A stretch of 64,000 nt of DNA, taken from assembly GCA_943842505.1 (NCBI GenBank), contig CALTDI010000008.1:88330-152329 (forward strand), written 5' to 3'. A program made the position numbers and the translations under genes. The notes beneath the pieces were generated by a model. It made no database searches. It saw nothing but the letters and a program-made list of their open reading frames with translations, and was not told the DNA's origin. How positions within the stretch are numbered: the stretch's first letter is position 1; every line of letters begins with the position of its first letter. Source of the DNA: an uncultured Pseudomonadales bacterium. Its GTDB lineage: Bacteria > Pseudomonadota > Gammaproteobacteria > Pseudomonadales > Pseudohongiellaceae. This document shows positions 58,025 to 64,000 of the stretch, piece after piece.

Positions 58025-58383
58025 GCTCGAACCAGCATGCTGGCGATGGCCGCGACAGACAGTAATGCCGCTCCCAGAGTCTTAAGGGGTAGCTGCTGCG
58101 TGGAACAACTTAAGGATCGAAACTGCTCCTGAGCATAAGAATAGATGCTGCTAATATCCAGCGATATCGCAAGTGTCATTAAGTCTGCATAGATGGCTTG
58201 CGGCGATGCGGCAAGTATAACCAGAGCTAGCCAACACAGCCCCGTTATCAAGAATACATTTCTGCGCTTGGTGTTCAGTTTGCCTATTCTTACTTCGACC
58301 CGAGTGCTGAATCCGCGATCGGCAATCAAGGCGGGTTGCGCAAGAAGTTCCTCTAGTTTATCAAAATCTGAACTGTCATTCAC
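58021..58383 (-). CDS. small membrane protein in the anti-sigma position
   Basis: 120 aa with a cytoplasmic N-terminus followed by TM helices. Its start overlaps the ECF sigma stop by 4 nt (ATGA). Confidence 0.5.
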   Translation of the reverse strand: MNDSSDFDKLEELLAQPALIADRGFSTRVEVRIGKLNTKRRNVFLITGLCWLALVILAASPQAIYADLMTLAISLDISSIYSYAQEQFRSLSCSTQQLPLKTLGAALLSVAAIASMLVRA

Positions 58384-58931
58384 GATGCTTTCTCCAGCCT
58401 ATCTTTCTTGTTGAGCGTCTCTTTTAACTTGAGCTTGCCGCGGCTAATGTTCGACTTGACCGAACCTAAGGGCATTTCCAAAATATTCGATACCTCCTGA
58501 TGAGAAAATCCATAGCTATGGCATAGCGTGATCGTTGCAATTTCGTCGGGGTTTAGTTGTTCCATTGCCTGTTCCAGATCCATCTGCTGCGTTGATAACT
58601 CATCATATTTGTCGCTGTATATCTCTTGCTGGGCGCCATACTGCTCGGCGATTTCTATGCGCCGCTTTGTCCTGCGCAGATGCTGCAGGAAACAGTTGTG
58701 TGCGATGCTAAACAGCCAACCGGAAAAATTTCCCTCACCCTTGTAGCTGCCTAGCTAGCGAAAAGCCGTTAGAAAAGTTTCCTGTGCGATATCGTCTGCA
58801 AGATCGTAATTCTTGCAGAGCCTGACCAGGTACGCCCGGATCTTTCCCTGATGCATTCGCACAAGGGCAGAGAACGCGTCGTTATCACGACGCGCCACTG
58901 CCTTCAGTATCAGTGAGCTTTCGGAAGTCAC
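58380..58931 (-). pseudogene. ECF (sigma-70 family) sigma factor with an in-frame TAG at 58755-58757
   Basis: Hand translation from GTG 58929-58931: ...DLADDIAQETFLTAFR*LGSYKGEGNFSGWLFSIAHNCF (region 2), continuing in the same frame into track ORF 58380..58583 (region 4: LPLGSVKSNISRGKLKLKE). Confidence 0.8.
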
Positions 58932-58940
58932 ATTGCTCTA

Positions 58941-59297
58941 CTAGTCAGCCTCGCGTAACCGGAACTTTCCCGATATGAGGTAGGCAACGCCAACGAGTAA
59001 GGGTATCGAACCAAATATGGCTTCCCCCATGCCGCCCTCGACCAATATGCCCAGGAACAGAGGTAGGCCTATAGCCAGCCAGATCAAGCCGTACTTATAG
59101 TCTGTCTTATAGGTTGCGCTGTTACCGCCCAGCATCTTCATCATCTCGGGATCTACCGTGCCGCCTAGCTCGACAACCCGGACAATGGTGTCTAGCTTCT
59201 TGGCCGCCACTCGATGGATGAAGTACAGGATGCTTCCCGGAAGAACCCCGAGTGAGAAAATAATCGCTGTTGACGCAATAAAAAATTCGCTTTCCAT
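58941..59297 (-). CDS. small membrane protein (DUF6249-like) upstream of the ECF sigma
   Basis: 118 aa with 3 TM helices. It ends 9 nt before the sigma start. The family name is from memory. Confidence 0.45.
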   Translation of the reverse strand: MESEFFIASTAIIFSLGVLPGSILYFIHRVAAKKLDTIVRVVELGGTVDPEMMKMLGGNSATYKTDYKYGLIWLAIGLPLFLGILVEGGMGEAIFGSIPLLVGVAYLISGKFRLREAD

Positions 59298-59398
59298 ACT
59301 GATAACCCTTTGTTGTCTGTTTACTCTAAGATGCCTGCCATGCAGTGATTGGATTCACCGCCCTAAAAAATAATCGGGCAGCTGGTAAGATTCTGAAA

Positions 59399-60358
59399 TT
59401 ATTGCGAATTTTCAGGATAAAACACCTCGATGCTGATGTGTTTCAAACTCAGGCTGGCCGGGAGTCGCTCTTTGTAGAACGAAGCATTGCGGGGTGTCGT
59501 AGTGACCACTGAGATGATGGCCGAGTGGATTCCCGGAGCCACAGTCCAGATGTGTAAATCGACAACCCTGCAGCTTGCGTCTCTCTCGATACTCGAGCGA
59601 ACTGTCTCAAGGAGGGTCTCATCTGCCTGTTCGTCCAAGAGTATGCCGCTGGTGGATTTCAACAGACCGAATGACCACCGCGCCACCAAGATAGCACCTA
59701 CTATCCCCATAACCGGATCCATCCATACCGCGCCGAAGTATTTACCAATCAGGAGTGCAAAGATCGCCAACAGAGAGGTCAGGGCGTCTGCCAGCACATG
59801 GAGATAGGCAGATTTTAGATTGTAATCGTGGTGATGGTGGTGATGGTCGTGGTCATGACCATGATGCTCATGGGAGTGGCCGCGGTCGTGCCCATGGTCG
59901 TGGTCCACGCCAAGAATAAAGACACTGACGCCGTTTACCAGCAGCCCAACGACAGCGACGCCAATAGCCTGGTTAAATGCGATACTTACAGGCTCGATAA
60001 GACGCAGGATGCTTTCGAAAGCCATGATCGCAGCGAACACCGCGAGTAGGACGGCGCCCGTATAACCACCGAGGGTATTTACCTTACCCGTACCAAAACT
60101 GTATCTGCTGCTGTGGGCGTGGCGACGCGCATACACATAGGCGAAGGCGTTGATGCCCAATGCCACAGTATGGGAGCCCATATGCAGGCCGTCGGCGAGC
60201 AGGGCCATGGAGCCGAATGCGATGCCGGCAGCAATCTCGACGAGCATCATGACAAACGTTAGTGCGATTACGAGAAGCGTGCGTGATTCCCCCGGCCGCT
60301 TGAGATCCTGGCCGAAGCTATGGGAATGCTGCCAGCGTTTCAGCTGCTCGTGCTGCAT
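59399..60358 (-). CDS. cation diffusion facilitator (CDF) metal efflux transporter with a His-rich loop
   Basis: Six TM helices, LADGLHMGSH and HVLADALTS metal-site motifs, and the loop HDHGHDRGHSHEHHGHDHDHHHHHHD. Confidence 0.85.
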   Translation of the reverse strand: MQHEQLKRWQHSHSFGQDLKRPGESRTLLVIALTFVMMLVEIAAGIAFGSMALLADGLHMGSHTVALGINAFAYVYARRHAHSSRYSFGTGKVNTLGGYTGAVLLAVFAAIMAFESILRLIEPVSIAFNQAIGVAVVGLLVNGVSVFILGVDHDHGHDRGHSHEHHGHDHDHHHHHHDYNLKSAYLHVLADALTSLLAIFALLIGKYFGAVWMDPVMGIVGAILVARWSFGLLKSTSGILLDEQADETLLETVRSSIERDASCRVVDLHIWTVAPGIHSAIISVVTTTPRNASFYKERLPASLSLKHISIEVFYPENSQ

Positions 60359-60523
60359 GCTCTGCTCCTTTGCTATCTGACTTATAACCTGGTTATTCTA
60401 TCGGCATCGAATGCCCTTGGGACAGTAAGGGGCAGTGCAATTTGGTGGTAGCCGTCCAGAGTCCTCTGATATAGTATTTCATCCATCAGAATTAATTAGC
60501 TACTGCGCACAGCTGGAGAAACA

Positions 60524-61105
60524 ATGAACAAATTTTTATCGAGTCTACTTATCCTTATGCCTTTGCTAGCTGGCAGCGCCAGCGCCGTAGAAGAGGCAGA
60601 TCCTGCATTGGCCGAGATTACCAATTTCCGCCAGTATAGCTCAACATTCGCGAGCTCAGGTCAGCCTAGTCGAGAGCAATTTTCAACGATCGCCGAGAAT
60701 GGTTTCGAGAGAATCGTCTACATAGCTTTCACCAATAACCAGAATGCCTTGCCCGATGCGGATCTGGTGGTTAAGGGGCTTGGCATGGAATACATGCAGG
60801 TGCCGGTGGACTTCAATAATCCGCTCCCGTCTGATTTCTACGCATTTGCCGACTCGATGCGGCGCAACACAGACAAGAAGACGCTACTGCATTGTCAGGT
60901 GAATGCTCGTGCCACGGCATTCAGCTTCCTCTATAGAGTGATCTATGCCGACGTGCCGGTCGCGCAGGCGAAAGCCGATATGAATACCGTGTGGCAGCCG
61001 AATGAAGTCTGGCGCGATTTTATCTTCGCTGTCCTGGCGGAGAACGCTATCTCTCCCGATTGTGAAGATTGTGATTGGACGCCTCCACCGCCGCGCGAGC
61101 AGTAG
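60524..61105 (+). CDS. periplasmic PTP-fold (DUF442-like) protein
   Basis: Signal peptide, ASSGQPSREQFSTIAENGFERIVYI, and a P-loop-like LLHCQVNARA with the same spacing as HAFCRSGNRS in 53138..53566. Confidence 0.5.
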   Translation: MNKFLSSLLILMPLLAGSASAVEEADPALAEITNFRQYSSTFASSGQPSREQFSTIAENGFERIVYIAFTNNQNALPDADLVVKGLGMEYMQVPVDFNNPLPSDFYAFADSMRRNTDKKTLLHCQVNARATAFSFLYRVIYADVPVAQAKADMNTVWQPNEVWRDFIFAVLAENAISPDCEDCDWTPPPPREQ

Positions 61106-61176
61106 AGCAGTGAAAAGTAGAACGGCCTAGGTGGCCGGCTTTTAAACAGTTTGTAAGAATGAAACATGTGATATAG

Positions 61177-61212
61177 AAAAAGGGTGAACTCGAAAGAGTC
61201 CACCCTTTTTTT
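61177..61212. terminator. bidirectional rho-independent terminator
   Basis: AAAAA-GGGTGAACTC-GAAA-GAGTCCACCC-TTTTTTT: a 10-bp stem with one mismatch, between convergent genes. Confidence 0.75.
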
Positions 61213-61238
61213 ATACTGGTTTGTCTGGGCGGTCTGAC

Positions 61239-63071
61239 TTAGTCTGAGCCACCTTGATCAATGTTCTTCCAAGAGTAAAAACCCATGAACATTTCTTCCC
61301 AGCTTTGCTCGCCCCAATTGATCTCAGCGTTAGGATCAGGGTTGAAAGCATTCTGTGAAGAGTTATCGAATGCGCCAGTCGCGACAATCTTGGTGCCAGC
61401 AGGAATTCGAAGAGGCTCTTCCAATTCATGTGCCAGCTGCCAGTTGAAGGAATAGGCGGGAACAGAGAGCAGCAATTCTTCGCTGCCATCTGGATACTGT
61501 GCAGTAAACTTCATGCGCTTGCCGCGGAAATGCATATGTGGCATCAGGCTATAGAGTTCTGCATCTTCAGGAACCGTTGTAACCAGTTCCATCTCATGGT
61601 CTTTTGCCTGAGCAGGGATGCTGATTGCGAAGGCATTGCCTACACCGCCGGACATGCGCTCAGCGGGTACTTCACCTTCCTCGTAGAAGTAGATGCCGAT
61701 CTCAGTCGCGTCAGTCGTCTCTTTGCCTGAAGTCGTGTAGTGCATCTGCAGGTTAAGAGTCGTGCCGGCCTTTAATAATCCGCCAACACCCGGGGGGTTA
61801 AGCGAAACGCTATTACCAGGAGCATAGCCTGCAACTGAGCCTAGGTCAGGGTCGTTACCACCACCCAGGAAGGTACCGATATCGATCTCCGGAATCTCTT
61901 TGAAGATCTCTCCGATGTTAGGCTGTTGGCCAGAGGCTACGGCTGCGAATATCGAGGCGCGGATAGATTGTGCCTTCTCAGGGGGAAGTGATGCCAGCAA
62001 GTCCATGAGAATCTGCTGGAAATCAGGTGCTCCCTCGGGAGGTACAACCGTTGTAATAATATGGTGTAGTACGGCAGGGTCGCCAGGTACTACTTCGCTG
62101 CCTTTGATCCAAACATCTTTTTCAAGACCAAGATCGACAGGAATATCCATATAGTCGACTACCCCAGTGGCTGGAATTGCTTGCTCAGGAACCTTAACGA
62201 TTAGATCAGGCTCGCCAAGCGACCACTTCGTTGTAGGCCAGGTTAGAGCTGTTAGAGGGTCGTTCTCGCTGTCCACTTTGGAGCCAGTGTTTACCCAGCG
62301 AACGAGTTTTTGCATCTCTTCGTCACTAAGATTCATTTCGTTCTTCATCTTGTGACCGACTTTGTTATCGACCTGACCCGGTGGCATGCGTTTTGTCATT
62401 ACCACTTCGCGAATCATCGGTGACCAACCCTGCACCGCTAGGTTGCTGTCCATAGCGAAAGGGGCGATACCGCCATCGCGGTGACAGTTTGCACAGTTCT
62501 GAGCAATGATTGGCGCGATATCTTTCTCATAGGAAAGATTTGCATGGGCATCCAGACTTGGAAATTCTATCGCCGCACCCGTGCTGGCAACTGAGACCAT
62601 GTCAAAGTTTTCGCCTGCAAGCATCTGCTGCAAGGAATTTTCCATGTCCGCGATTGGCCCGCGGTATAGCATTTCGAAATTGCTTGGATTGTAAAGAACG
62701 GCCTCATCCAGATGACTTACGCCCAGCATTTCGGTAACTAGTTGTGCGTCATCCATTAATACTGGAAGGTCCAAACCTAAGCTCGCGATATCAGCGCTCA
62801 CCTGCGCTCTGTCAGTATGCAGTCCGGGGTTCAACAAGAAGAATTGGACGCCCTGTTCTGTATATTGATCCTGGAGTGCTTTCAAGCTTGCCACATCTGC
62901 CTGGCTATTCGTCATAGGCATGATTACCACGGCGCTGTGATCGTCATACCAAGCCATGTGCTGAAAAGCACCTTCATGGTCGATCAGGGCGAAATCGCCA
63001 ACTCGTTCACCGGCATTTGCCGTGCCTGCAACGAGGGCTGCCACTAGGGCTAATCCCAAAGTCTTTTTCAC
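61239..63071 (-). CDS. periplasmic fusion protein: thioredoxin-fold (redoxin-like, no CxxC) + haem-c site + PHM/DBH-like copper monooxygenase domains
   Basis: GTG start after GAGAGGAA, then a signal peptide. CANCHRDGGIAPF (CxxCH). Candidate copper ligands LHHI, MHYT, PHMHFRG and EEMFMGF, in the order seen in peptidylglycine monooxygenase. Confidence 0.65.
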   Translation of the reverse strand: MKKTLGLALVAALVAGTANAGERVGDFALIDHEGAFQHMAWYDDHSAVVIMPMTNSQADVASLKALQDQYTEQGVQFFLLNPGLHTDRAQVSADIASLGLDLPVLMDDAQLVTEMLGVSHLDEAVLYNPSNFEMLYRGPIADMENSLQQMLAGENFDMVSVASTGAAIEFPSLDAHANLSYEKDIAPIIAQNCANCHRDGGIAPFAMDSNLAVQGWSPMIREVVMTKRMPPGQVDNKVGHKMKNEMNLSDEEMQKLVRWVNTGSKVDSENDPLTALTWPTTKWSLGEPDLIVKVPEQAIPATGVVDYMDIPVDLGLEKDVWIKGSEVVPGDPAVLHHIITTVVPPEGAPDFQQILMDLLASLPPEKAQSIRASIFAAVASGQQPNIGEIFKEIPEIDIGTFLGGGNDPDLGSVAGYAPGNSVSLNPPGVGGLLKAGTTLNLQMHYTTSGKETTDATEIGIYFYEEGEVPAERMSGGVGNAFAISIPAQAKDHEMELVTTVPEDAELYSLMPHMHFRGKRMKFTAQYPDGSEELLLSVPAYSFNWQLAHELEEPLRIPAGTKIVATGAFDNSSQNAFNPDPNAEINWGEQSWEEMFMGFYSWKNIDQGGSD

Positions 63072-63465
63072 GTTTCATTCCTCTCTATTCTAAAGTGTTT
63101 CTAACTAGGATAATTAATCCTAAGGGAGTAAGTTTACTGGTTTCGGAAGGGATTGCAGCTAATATCAGACGTTTAATTGACGAGTTGACTCAAATTGCTA
63201 CAGGCCAATAGTTACGCGCATTCTAGGGAGTTTTGCGTTATATTTCACAGCTCGAGAGCGGGCAGAGCGCTGCATAGTTAGTTACTGAAAATTCAAATCA
63301 TTGAAAGCCATAGCCAGTGCTGTAAATTTGGATAGACAGTTTCGGAATTTGCCTCAAAATAGTGCGGCGCTATACCCACCACTCATGTAGGTTCGTACGT
63401 AGTTCGCGTACTCTTTTATCTGCCTGTAGCGACGCCACTCATAAGCAGGAATATCGAGGTCACTA

Positions 63466-64000
63466 TGCATTCCGATAGTTTGTTGATTAATGCGCTGTAT
63501 TATCTTCTGGCCGCTGTTATTGCGGTGCCCCTGTTTAAGAAAATTGGCCTCGGTTCCATCCTCGGGTATTTATGCGCTGGTATCGTGCTGGGCCCGCATG
63601 CTCTGGCCATCATCAGTGACCCCGATGAGGTGCTGCACTTCGCCGAATACGGCGTCATTCTTCTGCTGTTCGTCATTGGACTGGAACTCGCGCCGAATAA
63701 GCTGTGGAATATGCGTAGCCATATCGGTTTGATCGGCGGTAGCCAATTGCTGATAACTACCCTCGTGATCGGGGGGTTATTGCTGTTGTTATCGCTAAGC
63801 ATGCAGCAGTCACTGGTGTTAGGTCTCACCCTGGCGCTGTCCTCTACAGCATTTGCCATTCAATTGATGAACGAAGAACATATTCTTGCATCGCCCCTGG
63901 GTCGCAAGGGCTTCGGTATTCTGTTGATGCAAGATCTCGCGGTGATTCCGATTCTGGTTCTGGTAGGCGTAGTCGCCCTGGCTGGTGGAGACAATAGCGA
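63466..64000 (+). CDS. KefB/KefC-type glutathione-regulated K+ efflux antiporter (CPA2), 5' part only
   Basis: Not in the ORF track because it is open to the window end. Hand translation from ATG 63466: MHSDSLLINALYYLLAAVIAVPLFKKIGLGSILGYLCAGIVLGPHAL...LHFAEYGVILLLFVIGLELAPNKLW...LALSSTAFAIQLMNE...ILLMQDLAVIP, collinear with E. coli KefC as I recall it. Confidence 0.85.

Noticed and set aside
58751-58758. Idea that CTAGCTAG in the ECF sigma is an engineered all-frame stop linker or insertion scar
   Set aside because: The surrounding protein alignment shows no inserted residues, since the stop replaces a single codon. The same octamer also occurs at natural convergent gene ends in this window.
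59828-60049. 73-aa ORF MVMVVMVVVMTMMLM...
   Set aside because: It is an antisense artefact of the His-rich loop (CAT/CAC repeats) of the CDF transporter gene.
1-64000. Search for mobile elements, prophage, integrons, toxin-antitoxin or defence-system genes
   Set aside because: I recognised no transposase, integrase, recombinase, phage structural, restriction/modification, Cas or other nuclease/NTPase defence-type ORF. The only helicase is a canonical RecQ, in a housekeeping-like context.

Overview
This is a 64-kb chromosomal segment of roughly 50% GC. Its gene set looks gammaproteobacterial and marine-heterotroph-like, which is an inference from gene content only. I can support about 60 protein-coding genes. 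Two of them are open at the window edges and so are absent from the ORF track: a secreted SAM-methyltransferase at 1..758(-) and a KefB/KefC-type K+ efflux antiporter at 63466..64000(+). I saw no rRNA, tRNA, CRISPR array, transposase, integrase or phage genes. Main modules: (i) a RimK ATP-grasp ligase island at 5.6-10.6 kb, with transglutaminase-like, retropepsin-like (DUF785) and M14 AstE/AspA-like genes, bracketed by two paralogous double zinc-ribbon genes; (ii) the corA-mscS and ydbH-ynbE-ydbL envelope operons; (iii) a low-GC H-NOX/histidine-kinase pair divergent from a sigma-54 response regulator at 18-21 kb; (iv) a TPR-sorAB sulfite dehydrogenase operon preceded by a 43-bp tandem repeat array; (v) recQ; (vi) a 13-gene plus-strand metabolic run (acetyl- and methyl-transferases, thiolase-like, SDRs, gap, esterase, PhyH, fadE); (vii) a FisR-type, sigma-54-regulated sulfide-oxidation locus (pdo-DUF442-sqr-sulP) with a recognisable -24/-12 promoter and a nested TGTCA/TGACA dyad; (viii) an ECF sigma/anti-sigma pair, a CDF exporter and a thioredoxin-fold/haem-c/PHM-like copper monooxygenase fusion. 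At the sequence level there are four independent ORF-disrupting lesions: the peptidase 5' end, a penicillin-acylase frameshift, a fisR frameshift and an in-frame amber codon in the ECF sigma. Nothing here is an obvious mobile or defence island. The most system-like candidates for new biology are the RimK island, the H-NOX to sigma-54 link and the haem/copper monooxygenase fusion. All family names come from my own reading of motifs, not from database searches.
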